A stretch of DNA of 64,000 nucleotides from an uncultured Flavobacteriales bacterium (GCA_905182785.1 CAJJDF010000031.1:16-64015), one strand, 5' to 3'; positions 9,392-19,558 are shown, counted from the stretch's first letter. Numbers and translations are program-made. The notes: generated from the sequence alone by a model not told the origin.

Positions 9392-11000
9392 AGTATTTCT
9401 TGTCCTTTATTTTATCCGTTAATTTATCAGAGAAATCTCCTGCTTCTTTAGCCAGGTTCCAATATTTCAGTGCTTCTGATTCTTTGTTTAATTGTATCAT
9501 CACATCTCCATAATGTTCCAATACCGTGCCACTCAGATTCCCTCCGTTTTCAATCGATTTTTTTAGCCAAATTTCCGCTTCTTCAAATTTCTCTTGCTGA
9601 AACAAAATCCACCCATACGTATCGTTAAATGAAGCATTTTTTGGATAAATGTTATTCGATTTCTTCGAAAGTTCGGCGGCTTTTTCAAGCTTATCTTTTC
9701 TTAACGATAAGTAATAACTGTAGTTATTTAACATAAATGGCTCTAGTCCATTTACATTTAAAGCTTTTTCAAAATATTTATCCGAGTTTAAATAATCTTT
9801 CTGATCGTTATAAGTTTCTCCTAGTTTAGAATAAAACTCAAATTCTAATTTTTCATCATCTACTAAAATGCCTGCTCCCATTTTAAATGAAGAAACAGCA
9901 TTCACAAAGTCTTTGCGTTCTTTGTATCCCATTCCTTTGTACAAAAACAAAACAGGTTGTGTTGGGTATAGTTCTATTGCATTTGTAGCGTATTCTATAA
10001 CTTTTGAATAATTTTTCTCATTGAATTCATTTTCCAACAATTGCATGTAAATAGGGTAAGAGTTAGTAGAAAACTCTAAAGCTTGTTCGTAGTTTTCATT
10101 TGCCTTTTTTGTTTCTTTCTTACTTAAATAATAATCCCCTGCTGCCACATACGATTCCACGTCTTTAGGGTTTACTCTTTTCATTGTGGCAATTAACTTT
10201 TCCGTTTCCTTTTGTTTCTTTGTATCACCTTTGGATTTAGTTATATAATCCATCAAAATATTAAGCTTGGTATCGGTTCTTATTCCAGCGTCTTCAAATA
10301 CAAAGACCATTTTATCAAACACCTTTTCCTCCTCTCCTTTTTTCTCGTAATACTGAGCCATTGCCAAATTCCCCATCCCATTCTCGGGACTTTGTTTCAA
10401 TAAAGAAGAAATTTCCTTCAATGCATCTGTCTCTTCTCCTGCATCCATCAATAGCATGTATTTTTGGTAACTCAGTTGAGGATTCTTACCGCTAATGGTT
10501 TCAATTCGAGATAAAGTTTCTGCTGCTTTTTTTGGCATCTCACTAACTTGGTACAATTGTGCCAATTCATATAAAGCTGATAGGTTTTTCTTGTCTAATT
10601 TTATTAAGTCTTCGTAGGCTTCAATTGCTTTTTTATTTTGGCTAGTTGCTTTTAATACAATTGCTCTTTGCAATAAATACCATTTATTTGATGGATTTAT
10701 TTCGTAAGCCCTTTCTGCATTTTTATAGGCTAGTCCAGCATTTCTTTTCAATGCATATAACCTTGACAATTCGTAATAAGTTGATGCATTTTTTGGTCTA
10801 AGCTCCTTGCATTGTTCATACAACATAATGGCTTTATCTGTGTTTTCAAGCATAGCCAAATTCGTAGCCTTGATGTACAAATCTGCAAATCTACCTCTCT
10901 CTACTTCGCTTGATGTTAGTGTCTTGTTTATAACTTCCTTGTTTGTCTTACAAGAAAAAAACAATAACGATATAAATAGTAATGTCGTAAATTTACGCAT
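9384..11000 (-). CDS. tetratricopeptide (TPR) repeat lipoprotein
   Basis: Lipobox FFSC and many 34-aa A/Y/L-patterned repeats (A..YE.A....P....). Confidence 0.85.
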   Translation of the reverse strand: MRKFTTLLFISLLFFSCKTNKEVINKTLTSSEVERGRFADLYIKATNLAMLENTDKAIMLYEQCKELRPKNASTYYELSRLYALKRNAGLAYKNAERAYEINPSNKWYLLQRAIVLKATSQNKKAIEAYEDLIKLDKKNLSALYELAQLYQVSEMPKKAAETLSRIETISGKNPQLSYQKYMLLMDAGEETDALKEISSLLKQSPENGMGNLAMAQYYEKKGEEEKVFDKMVFVFEDAGIRTDTKLNILMDYITKSKGDTKKQKETEKLIATMKRVNPKDVESYVAAGDYYLSKKETKKANENYEQALEFSTNSYPIYMQLLENEFNEKNYSKVIEYATNAIELYPTQPVLFLYKGMGYKERKDFVNAVSSFKMGAGILVDDEKLEFEFYSKLGETYNDQKDYLNSDKYFEKALNVNGLEPFMLNNYSYYLSLRKDKLEKAAELSKKSNNIYPKNASFNDTYGWILFQQEKFEEAEIWLKKSIENGGNLSGTVLEHYGDVMIQLNKESEALKYWNLAKEAGDFSDKLTDKIKDKKYYE

Positions 11001-11002
11001 AG

Positions 11003-12004
11003 TTAGTTTTTCATTTCAGTATAATCTCCTATGCTTAAGTCCTGAGCCTTACCTTGGAAATTCACTTTGTTTCCTATCATAGAGTTTTTGAAGTTGCCAT
11101 TACAAATAAAAGTTTCATTTTGAATAATACTGTTTTCTATAACAGAGTTCTCTATCGTAGTATTGTTCCCAACAGAAACGTGAGGGCCAATTATAGTATT
11201 TTTTAACACTACATTTTCTCCAATAAAACAAGGCTCTATTATGACCGAGTTTTCATTTGTATAGTTTCCTTCAATAATATTCTTTCCTTCAAAAGCCAAA
11301 ACTCTTTGGTTTGTCTCTACCGTCACATTTTTGTTTCCACAATCCATCCATGCAGTAACTTGGCCTGTTTTGAATTTAGCTCCCTTTTGCTTCATGTTTT
11401 CTAAAGCATTAGTAATTTGATACTCTCCATTTTCACGAATATCATTATCAATTAAATACTGCAATTCATTTCTTAATTTTTCTCCACTCTTGAAATAATA
11501 AATTCCAATAATTGCCAAATCAGAAACAAATTCCTTTGGTTTCTCTACAAAATCCGTGATTGTTCCTTCTTCGTCTAATTTTACAACACCAAATGCACTT
11601 GGATTATCAATTTGGTTCACCCAAATAATTCCATCATTTTCTGTGTCCAACTTAAAATCAGCTCTAAACAAAGTATCTGCAAAGGCAACAACTACATTTC
11701 CTTCTAGTGAATCTTTAGCACATAAAATTGCATGGGCTGTTCCTAAAGCTTCATCTTGGTGATACACGCTTCCTTTTGCTCCTAGGCTTTTTGCAATCTC
11801 TTTTAATTGTTCTTCTGTTTCTGTTCCAAAATCTCCAATTATGAATGCTATTTCGTCTATATTTTCATCACTTACTTTAGCAATGTCTTCCACAAGCCTT
11901 TGTACAATTGGCTTTCCTGCTACTGGTAGTAATGGTTTTGGGACTGTAAGTGTATGAGGTCTTAATCTAGATCCTCTTCCTGCCATTGGCACAATAATTT
12001 TCAT
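11003..12004 (-). CDS. sugar-phosphate nucleotidyltransferase with C-terminal left-handed beta-helix
   Basis: N-terminal PMAGRGSRLRP...PKPLLPVAGKP motif, followed by hexapeptide-like repeats at the C-terminus (IGENVVL.NTIIGPHVSVGNNTTIENSVIENS). Confidence 0.8.
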   Translation of the reverse strand: MKIIVPMAGRGSRLRPHTLTVPKPLLPVAGKPIVQRLVEDIAKVSDENIDEIAFIIGDFGTETEEQLKEIAKSLGAKGSVYHQDEALGTAHAILCAKDSLEGNVVVAFADTLFRADFKLDTENDGIIWVNQIDNPSAFGVVKLDEEGTITDFVEKPKEFVSDLAIIGIYYFKSGEKLRNELQYLIDNDIRENGEYQITNALENMKQKGAKFKTGQVTAWMDCGNKNVTVETNQRVLAFEGKNIIEGNYTNENSVIIEPCFIGENVVLKNTIIGPHVSVGNNTTIENSVIENSIIQNETFICNGNFKNSMIGNKVNFQGKAQDLSIGDYTEMKN

Positions 12005-12167
12005 ATTTTTAGTAGTTTTATCTATTGAAACGAAGATAAGAAAATCACGACTTATTTATCTTACTGAATGCTAATAATACAAGAAATCCTTCGTTATTAC
12101 TAAATAATTTCTCAATTGTAGAAGATATTAGTAATTTTGCCCAACTTATTAAAATTTTTGCCACTCT

Positions 12168-13157
12168 ATGATAACTAAAGAAAACAATCATGCAGAAGAC
12201 TTATTACAGTTTATCTGGAACAAAAGAAAACTAGTAATTCTTATCACAATTATTGCAGCAATTGCCGCTATAATTTATTCTTACATGATAGAAGAAAAAT
12301 TCAAATCCGGGGTTACCTTATACCCTGCAATGTCAAGTACAGTAGCATTTACCGATATTGTAGACCCCGACCAAAGTGCCGCTACATTTGGAGCAGAACA
12401 ACAAGCAGAACAAATGATACAAGTGTTGCAATCGGCAGAAATAAGAAACCAAATTGTAAGTAAATATAACTTATTGGAGCATTATGGAATTGATTCAAAT
12501 AGCAGCCTAAAAAACACTGCACTTAATAAAACTTATGCAGGTAATGTTTCGTTTGCCAGAACAAAATATGGTTCGGTATTGATTGAGGTAATGGACAAAG
12601 ACCCAAAAATGGCAGCTGATATCGCCAATGACATCAGTATGTTTTATGACGGTTCAAAAAATCGAATGATTAACGAAAGATCAGGTGAAGCACTAGAAGT
12701 GGCTGAACACGAAAGAAATAAACTGAAAGCTGAAATTGAAATGATTGTTGATTCTCTTGCTAAATTAAACAAGATGGGAGTTGTCGATCAAGAAACTAGA
12801 CCTACTTTGATTACTGCAATTGCAAGTGCAAAAGATGGTGAAACTCGAAAAATTATTAAAAGTAAAATTCTTGCAACAGATAAATACGGGAGTATATACT
12901 CAAATTTTGAAGATCGATTGGAATACATGAACTTACGTCTTTCAACAAAAAATGCTGTTTATGAGCAATTAAAATCTGATGCTACCTCAACTTTCTCTCA
13001 CAAATTTACAGTAGAAAAAGCTTATCCTGCAGAGAAAAAAGCTTATCCTATAAGATGGCTAATTGTAGTCGTTTCTACCATTTCTACTTTCTTGTTTTCA
13101 ATTATCTTATTGTTGGTTTTTGAAAAATTAAAAGACCTCCAGAGCAAAGAATCCTAA
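12168..13157 (+). CDS. Wzz-like polysaccharide chain-length determinant protein
   Basis: N-terminal TM after a LLQFIWNKRK motif, a coiled-coil middle region and a C-terminal TM. A TAatTTTG box lies at 12132-12139. Confidence 0.6.
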   Translation: MITKENNHAEDLLQFIWNKRKLVILITIIAAIAAIIYSYMIEEKFKSGVTLYPAMSSTVAFTDIVDPDQSAATFGAEQQAEQMIQVLQSAEIRNQIVSKYNLLEHYGIDSNSSLKNTALNKTYAGNVSFARTKYGSVLIEVMDKDPKMAADIANDISMFYDGSKNRMINERSGEALEVAEHERNKLKAEIEMIVDSLAKLNKMGVVDQETRPTLITAIASAKDGETRKIIKSKILATDKYGSIYSNFEDRLEYMNLRLSTKNAVYEQLKSDATSTFSHKFTVEKAYPAEKKAYPIRWLIVVVSTISTFLFSIILLLVFEKLKDLQSKES

Positions 13158-13164
13158 AAAAATT

Positions 13165-14601
13165 GTGTTAAAATCCAACTTGAGATATAACACGTTAATT
13201 CTACTGTTCAGCATTCTATTTATAGCACTGAATGGCTGTTTTATATACCATGAAATTTACGCTTTTGCATTTTTACCTCTTGCGCTAAGCGTAGTTTATT
13301 TTAGTTTTTATAAGACTAAAGAATTACTGTTTTTTGTAATTCTTTTTACCCCTTTCTCTCTTAATTTAGAGAGTCTCTCTATCGGTAATATCGGGTTTTA
13401 TTTACCCACAGAACCCATTCTATTTGGGTTGATGATAATTCTAAGTATTCGCTTTATCAAACGAGGAAATTACGACAAAGCGCTTGTAAGTCATCCCATT
13501 ACAATAGCAGTCGTTTTCTATTTATGCTGGATGTCGATTACCGTAATTACTAGTTCTACGATTGTTATTTCGCTAAAATATTTAATAGCTAAACTTTGGT
13601 TTGTTATTCCGCTTTTCTTTTACATGATTACTCTTTTCAAAGAAAAAGAAAATATGTATAATGTAATTTGGCTGTATTTGGGTTCTCTTGCTTTAGTTGT
13701 TTCAATTACTCTTATTAGGCATTACAGCTGGGGATTTGACCAAAAATCTGCTCACTGGATTATGTCCCCATTTTACAAAGACCACACTTCGTATGGGGCG
13801 ATTGTAGCTTTTTATATTCCTCTAACCATAGGATTACTTTTCAGGAAGAAGAATTCAGCACTAATTCAATACATGTTAATCCTAATTTTAACTATTCTAA
13901 GTGTGGGGTTAATTTATTCTTACACTAGAGCGGCTTGGGTAAGTTTAGTTGCTGCCTTGGGAGTTTGGACTTTATTTCGATTCAAAATAAATTTCAAATA
14001 CGTGATGCTTTTGGGAATATTTGGTGGTTTTTTAGGCTACCAATATTACACAGATATTTCTATTGCCTTAGGGAAAAACAAAACCGACTCTTCCGAAAAC
14101 ATTTCCAAACACATTGAGTCTATCTCCAATGTATCGACAGATGCCTCTAACTTAGAACGAATAAATAGATGGAATTGTGCTATTCGTATGTTTGAGGAAC
14201 GACCAATTTTTGGATGGGGACCAGGAACTTATGCTTTTGAATACGCCCCATTTCAGCACTCGAGCGAGAGAACAGTAATTAGTACCAATTTTGGAAATAA
14301 GGGAAATGCTCACAGTGAGTATCTAGGTGCACTTGCAGAAATGGGAATTGTTGGCCTAATTGCTTTCTTAGCCATGCTTTTCTTTGTGTTTTATAAAGCC
14401 TCTATGCTTTATATAAAACTAGATGATAGAGAATTAAAGACATTATTACTTTCTGTTATTCTAGCTTTAGTTTCTTATTTCATTCACGGAGTGCTCAACA
14501 ATTATTTAGATACCGACAAAGCCTCTGTACCAGTTTGGACTTGCTTTGCGATAATTATTGCGATAGAGATTTATCATTCTAAGAAGAAAGTAATAAAATA
14601 G
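13165..14601 (+). CDS. O-antigen ligase family (Wzy_C) membrane protein
   Basis: Polytopic membrane protein with a YSYTRAAWV loop motif typical of O-antigen ligase/polymerase-like proteins. GTG start. Confidence 0.75.
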   Translation: MLKSNLRYNTLILLFSILFIALNGCFIYHEIYAFAFLPLALSVVYFSFYKTKELLFFVILFTPFSLNLESLSIGNIGFYLPTEPILFGLMIILSIRFIKRGNYDKALVSHPITIAVVFYLCWMSITVITSSTIVISLKYLIAKLWFVIPLFFYMITLFKEKENMYNVIWLYLGSLALVVSITLIRHYSWGFDQKSAHWIMSPFYKDHTSYGAIVAFYIPLTIGLLFRKKNSALIQYMLILILTILSVGLIYSYTRAAWVSLVAALGVWTLFRFKINFKYVMLLGIFGGFLGYQYYTDISIALGKNKTDSSENISKHIESISNVSTDASNLERINRWNCAIRMFEERPIFGWGPGTYAFEYAPFQHSSERTVISTNFGNKGNAHSEYLGALAEMGIVGLIAFLAMLFFVFYKASMLYIKLDDRELKTLLLSVILALVSYFIHGVLNNYLDTDKASVPVWTCFAIIIAIEIYHSKKKVIK

Positions 14602-14607
14602 ATTCTA

Positions 14608-16056
14608 TTAATCTTTCTTCTTAAAAAGAACACTTGTGATTTTCTTGACTATTATTTTAAAGAAATTTCCCCATTGTTCAAAACCTAAAATTTTAGATTC
14701 TGTTACGGCTTGATACGTTAATAATGCTCCCAAAGGAATTAAAACCATTGAACTGAGCCACATTCCAATGTAAGTTGGCAGCACTAAGTTAGTTGCTAAT
14801 TTTTCTCCTGTGATAGAAATAATGTAATACACAATAAACAAGGCTATGGCAACAGCAATTGGGATTCCTACTCCTCCTTTTTTTACAATTGCTCCTAAGG
14901 GTGCTCCTACAAAAAACAAGATAATACACGACAAGGATAAGGTAAATTTTTTATGCCAAGCTACCTCTACTTTTGCTTTGTATTTTGCTCTATTATTAAA
15001 GTCAGAACTTCTGTTTTCCAAGTAATTAATAGAGTTTTCTAATCTGTTTCTGGCATTTGCAAGCACTACTTTTCTTTCTTGTGGCAATAAAGAATCCAAT
15101 TCGAATACATAGATTGACATAGTATCCAATTCGTAGTTATTACTTTCTCTCAATGCTGTAATGGAGTTGTTGTAATAACTCAACAAACTTCTTTTAATAG
15201 TATCGTAACTGCCCTGTAAGGAATCTACCACTTTGGTCAGTTCAAAAACAGGTAATAACATAGGTTGGTCTTGGTAATCTTCTTCGGCAGTTCTATTAAG
15301 ACTCAAGGATGAAATGTCAATTTTTTGGGTCGTTTCTTTAAATACAATTTGTTGATGAGGAAATACACTTTCTTTCTCCATGGCATTGGCATTGGGGTTA
15401 ATTACCTCATTAATCTCGCCATTATAAAGAGTTAATACCAGGTTTTCTCCATCATCCGATTTTCGCATTTCTCCTCTTTCCGCTCGTATTACTTTTCGGT
15501 ATTTGAAAGTAGGATTATGCTGAAAAATAAGGACATCTCCTAATTCATTAGATTCTTTATCTATCCTTTTTGCTCGGATGCTATAATGATCTATTTCATT
15601 AAAAAACACTCCTTCTTTGAGCACCAATGACAATTTTTTGTTTGTCATGTCGGTAATCAGTATTTTCTTACTCAAATAGGCTTTCCCCCAAACATAATTA
15701 GAAAAATAAAAAGAAACTCCAGCTAGCATAATCATTACAAAAAACAAAGGACGCATTACTCTCAATAGAGAAACACCAGCTGCTTTCATGGCTGTGAGCT
15801 CATTCTTTTCACCTAAATTGCCCATTGTCATAATGGATGACAACAGAATAGCCAAAGGCAAAGCAATGGGAACAACTTCAAGAAAAATATAAAACATGAG
15901 TTCCGAGAACACGCTTACTCCAACTCCCTTTCCAACAAGGTCGTCTAGGTATACGTACATAAACTGTATTATCAATACAAATTCCGCAATGAAAAATGTA
16001 ACGATAAACGGTATTATGTAGGACTTTATGATGAACCAATCGAGTTTCTTCAACAT
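14608..16056 (-). CDS. LptF/LptG family LPS export permease
   Basis: YjgP/YjgQ architecture: N-terminal TMs, a large periplasmic beta-jellyroll region and C-terminal TMs, 482 aa. Confidence 0.85.
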   Translation of the reverse strand: MLKKLDWFIIKSYIIPFIVTFFIAEFVLIIQFMYVYLDDLVGKGVGVSVFSELMFYIFLEVVPIALPLAILLSSIMTMGNLGEKNELTAMKAAGVSLLRVMRPLFFVMIMLAGVSFYFSNYVWGKAYLSKKILITDMTNKKLSLVLKEGVFFNEIDHYSIRAKRIDKESNELGDVLIFQHNPTFKYRKVIRAERGEMRKSDDGENLVLTLYNGEINEVINPNANAMEKESVFPHQQIVFKETTQKIDISSLSLNRTAEEDYQDQPMLLPVFELTKVVDSLQGSYDTIKRSLLSYYNNSITALRESNNYELDTMSIYVFELDSLLPQERKVVLANARNRLENSINYLENRSSDFNNRAKYKAKVEVAWHKKFTLSLSCIILFFVGAPLGAIVKKGGVGIPIAVAIALFIVYYIISITGEKLATNLVLPTYIGMWLSSMVLIPLGALLTYQAVTESKILGFEQWGNFFKIIVKKITSVLFKKKD

Positions 16057-16089
16057 AAAACTTTAACTATAAAATTGTGTAATTATTGC

Positions 16090-16476
16090 TTAAGCACCAA
16101 TAACTCTTTTCAAATCATTGATTTGACTTTCCCAAACTAAGGTATCTTCTTCTGCCTCTTCCTCACTATCTGCAAAGTCGGTTACTTCAAGAGCTACGTC
16201 TTTCGTAATTCCATCAATTTTTATTCTTAATTCAAAATAAGTTGTAGGATCTTCATCTTCCACCCATTTGAATCGGATAAATTCGTTTTTACTTTGTCTT
16301 ATCAATTCTGCTTTTTCTTGAGATCCCTCCCAAAAGAACGTGTAAATCTCGCTATCGATATTTACATCATCACAAAACCAATCCGACAATCCGCTAGGAG
16401 TTGTCAGCATATCATAGAGAATCCCTATAGATGTTTTAATAGGTATTTCTTTTTGAAATTTTATTTTTTCTGACAT
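16090..16476 (-). CDS. START/SRPBCC-like (AHSA1-type) domain protein
   Basis: 128 aa, with the LSDWF...W pattern of the SRPBCC fold and an acidic C-terminus. Confidence 0.55.
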   Translation of the reverse strand: MSEKIKFQKEIPIKTSIGILYDMLTTPSGLSDWFCDDVNIDSEIYTFFWEGSQEKAELIRQSKNEFIRFKWVEDEDPTTYFELRIKIDGITKDVALEVTDFADSEEEAEEDTLVWESQINDLKRVIGA

Positions 16477-16628
16477 TATATAATTTTATTGTTGAGCCCA
16501 ATATAGTAAAAAAGTTGAACCTTTGTAAAAAAACATTTTTTTTAATATAAAAAGTTTTAAAAAATGAACTGGAAACAATTAATACAATGAAATTTTATTA
16601 ACTTTTTTATATGAAATAAATTCGTAGA

Positions 16629-18974
16629 TTATTTTGAATTCATTGCTTTGTAGATTTTTTTATATTTCTCCTGAGTTTCTTTTAGTATTATTTTTTGGTA
16701 TTCAGAGTCATTAAATAATTTATTTAATCCTGGGTGATTTGTAACGTCTATACCTAGCTCTTTATAAGAATTAGAGAGATATTTAATGGCTTCTTCCATC
16801 ACTTCATCTGATAACTCTGAAGGCATATTACTTTCTGCTAGTATTGGAAGAGCCTTTTTAATTACCTTCTTTTTTTGTGTTAATGATTCATTCGAATTAT
16901 TTAAAGGAGATTTGGTTTCTTCTCCTCCGACTTCTAGAGAAAGCAATCTGTTTTCTAGTGAATTAAATTTTTCTTCTAATTGTATTATTCTTTCCTCTTG
17001 TTTCTCAATAAATTGGGCAACAGAGTTGGGGTTTAAACCAATAGCCATATTAACAAAAGAAATGTCAGTGCTTTCGGCAAGAGCGTCAGACCAAGCAATT
17101 CCTACAATATATTTATATTCCTTAGCTGTAATCTTGTCTGATGACACTGCCTTTCCAACACCATCATCATTTCCAGAAGGTAAAATATAATCTCCCGCAA
17201 ACACCATTCCTTTTACTCTAACAGGTATTTGCCCCATAAAAGCTACTTTATTATATAAATGAGTCTTTCCATCTTCGGGCATATTTCCTAAGATTGCTGG
17301 TTTTGTTGAAATCGCCATGAATTGGTTAGCATCTTTAGTGTATTTTGAAATTTTTCCAGCTTTTACTCCAACTATTTCTCCCGCAACAATTTTTTCATTT
17401 GGATTCCTTCTTTCTAGCCACTCTGCATAATCTGCTGATCCAGACTGATAAGTAACCCCTAAATTTGCTATCATAAATGCATTAAATGCGACTAAGTTTG
17501 CTGTAGTAAGTACAAGATCTGCTGCCGCAGCAGCAATACATGCTCCACAAGGACCTGTTGATGCACCTAATCCAGCGACAACCACAGGAATAAAAGAAGT
17601 ACCTACATTGACAACAGCTTTTATTTCTTCTGCAACTAACATAGCGTTTTCAAAAATGTTTTCTGGAGTTAATAGTGCTTCAGCAGCAGTTTCTCCCTCA
17701 ATTCTGCCAATAGCACTATTAGATGAATTAAAAAATGTGATAAAATTATTATTGTTGGTTGGCGTTCCTGCAGCTAATTTTATTGCAATTCCTTGCGCAC
17801 TTCCTTCAACTCTCAATGGATATGCTGCATAGTTAGCTTGGCCACCAGCTAGATTAGCAGTAATTGTAACTTGCCCATCTACCTGTAAATCATCTTGTAA
17901 GTTTGTCTGATTCGCTACAACTAGGGTTCCTGATAAAACAGAAGGGCTTCCGTTATTAACATTAAATGAATTGTTCAAGTTGGTTGCTGCATTCACTGTT
18001 AACGAACCTGTAAGAGAAGTTGGGCTGTTATTATTTACGGTAAGGGAACTATTAAGATTTGTTGTACCATCTACAATTAAGTCTCCTGTCAAAGTAGTTA
18101 AACTTCCGTTATTAACGGATAAAGTATTATTTAAATTTGTCGCTCCATCCACTGTTAACGAACCTGTAAGAGAAGTTGGGCTGTTGTTATTTACTGTAAG
18201 AGAATCATTCAGGTTTGTTATACCATCTACAATCAAATCTCCTGTCAAAGCAGTTAAGCTTCCATTATTAACAGATAAAGTATTATTTAAATTTGTCGCT
18301 CCATCTACTGTTAACGAACCTGTAAGAAAAGTTGGGCTGTTGTTATTTACGGTAAGGGAGCTATTAAGATTTGTTGTACCATCTACAATCAAGTCTCCTG
18401 TCAAAGTAGTTAAGCTTCCATTATTAACAGATAAAGTATTGTTTAAATTTGTCGCTCCATCTACTGTTAGAATACCTGACAACAAACTTGGACTTCCAGA
18501 ATTTACTATTAAAGAATCGAATAAATTAGTAGTCTTTGTAGCTATTAATTCTCTGTGAAGAGCATATGGAATATACAACAAATCTTGATTACTCATTGGA
18601 TCAAAATATGATTCAATCTTAACTTCAACTAAAAATTCTTTTGGCTTTCCATCCCAAAAAATCTCTGTAAATACACCCAAAGTTGGTGATCCGTTTCCAA
18701 TAATTAAATTTACCATTCCAAAATTATCAGTTTTTGTAGAATGAATCTCTTGGTACTCAGTTACACCATTAGAGTTTGTAATAGTGAACCTCATATCTAA
18801 AGCTTTATCAATTAAAAATGCGTAAGGATCATCAACTCCTGGAAGTTCCAACTTTTCTTGAGAAGGATCAAGAATAACCGCCTGATAACTAAAGCCGTCT
18901 GTTTGACAATAAAAGTTTAGTGTCGTTATACAGAATAATAATATAAAACTGAGTTTGTTTAAATGATTTTTCAT
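16629..18974 (-). CDS. secreted fibre-like repeat protein with phage-tail-fibre-like C-terminal module
   Basis: Signal peptide, an N-terminal FSYQAVILD... domain and ~8.5 sub-repeats of 26 aa (TNLNxxLxVNNxSxTxLTGxLxVDGx). These are followed by a hydrophobic Cys-containing stretch, a GSADYAEWLE...ILGNMP...GDYILPSGNDDGVGKAV module, and a coiled coil. Confidence 0.7.
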   Translation of the reverse strand: MKNHLNKLSFILLFCITTLNFYCQTDGFSYQAVILDPSQEKLELPGVDDPYAFLIDKALDMRFTITNSNGVTEYQEIHSTKTDNFGMVNLIIGNGSPTLGVFTEIFWDGKPKEFLVEVKIESYFDPMSNQDLLYIPYALHRELIATKTTNLFDSLIVNSGSPSLLSGILTVDGATNLNNTLSVNNGSLTTLTGDLIVDGTTNLNSSLTVNNNSPTFLTGSLTVDGATNLNNTLSVNNGSLTALTGDLIVDGITNLNDSLTVNNNSPTSLTGSLTVDGATNLNNTLSVNNGSLTTLTGDLIVDGTTNLNSSLTVNNNSPTSLTGSLTVNAATNLNNSFNVNNGSPSVLSGTLVVANQTNLQDDLQVDGQVTITANLAGGQANYAAYPLRVEGSAQGIAIKLAAGTPTNNNNFITFFNSSNSAIGRIEGETAAEALLTPENIFENAMLVAEEIKAVVNVGTSFIPVVVAGLGASTGPCGACIAAAAADLVLTTANLVAFNAFMIANLGVTYQSGSADYAEWLERRNPNEKIVAGEIVGVKAGKISKYTKDANQFMAISTKPAILGNMPEDGKTHLYNKVAFMGQIPVRVKGMVFAGDYILPSGNDDGVGKAVSSDKITAKEYKYIVGIAWSDALAESTDISFVNMAIGLNPNSVAQFIEKQEERIIQLEEKFNSLENRLLSLEVGGEETKSPLNNSNESLTQKKKVIKKALPILAESNMPSELSDEVMEEAIKYLSNSYKELGIDVTNHPGLNKLFNDSEYQKIILKETQEKYKKIYKAMNSK
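18001..18468 (-). repeat. 3 x 156-bp near-identical in-frame tandem repeats inside the fibre gene
   Basis: Units 18001-18156, 18157-18312 and 18313-18468 align without gaps. By hand count, units 1 and 3 differ at 9 positions and units 1 and 2 at 15. Degenerate units extend the array to ~17871-18533. Confidence 0.9.
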
Positions 18975-19024
18975 GAAATTTTAATTTAGTTATAAGTTAG
19001 ATTTTCAATATTTAGAAATAGTCA

Positions 19025-19558
19025 TTATTCTATATTGATTAATTTTGAAGTGAATAGTTTTTTATTAGCTGTTACTTTCACTGTAAAACTTGAAGAAATA
19101 CTATTATACCAATTTGAAATAGTAATGTTTTGATTCTTTTCATAAATCTTGCTGAAAATTCTTCTTCCAAATAAATCATAAATCTCTAAATTTATTTCTG
19201 TATTAATGATTTCTTCAAATTGAATCGTAAAATACGAAATAAAAGGATTGGGAAATAAGGTTGCCTCTAATTCTAAATCATTACTTACATTCTCTAAGTT
19301 TAAAAAAAATAAAGGTTGAATATAGCCTTGACAAAATGTTTTTGAATTATTTTTGAAAGTTCCAATTACACTCGATTGACCTATACTTTGCAACACTTTT
19401 TTTTGATTGAAATTACTAGGAATTCGATTATTTACACAAGAAGAACCAAGGGTTGATCTTGCAATAATGAGATTCGATTTAGCCTGAGAAAAAAAATTAG
19501 AATTCACTCCAAAAATAAAAAATAAAAATAAAACAAAAAATACACTTTTAGAATTCAT
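19025..19558 (-). CDS. small secreted protein with T9SS C-terminal sorting domain
   Basis: Signal peptide, plus a C-terminal ~80 aa with the LFPNPF...YF-type Por secretion tail pattern (ATLFPNPFISYFTIQF...FTVKVT...). Confidence 0.65.
   Translation of the reverse strand: MNSKSVFFVLFLFFIFGVNSNFFSQAKSNLIIARSTLGSSCVNNRIPSNFNQKKVLQSIGQSSVIGTFKNNSKTFCQGYIQPLFFLNLENVSNDLELEATLFPNPFISYFTIQFEEIINTEINLEIYDLFGRRIFSKIYEKNQNITISNWYNSISSSFTVKVTANKKLFTSKLINIE

Noticed and set aside
17871-18533. Regularly spaced repeats considered as a CRISPR-like array.
   Set aside because: The repeats are contiguous with no unique spacers, have a 156-bp period and lie in frame inside a coding sequence. No cas genes are present.
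17971-18558. 195-aa plus-strand ORF antisense to the fibre gene, together with the other long antisense ORFs (16786-17190, 17608-17832, 41126-41407, 61092-61571, 61894-62241).
   Set aside because: Each lies entirely inside a well-supported gene on the opposite strand. Their openness is explained by codon or repeat bias of that gene (tandem repeats, Ala/Glu/Lys coiled coil), and none shows a recognisable motif.
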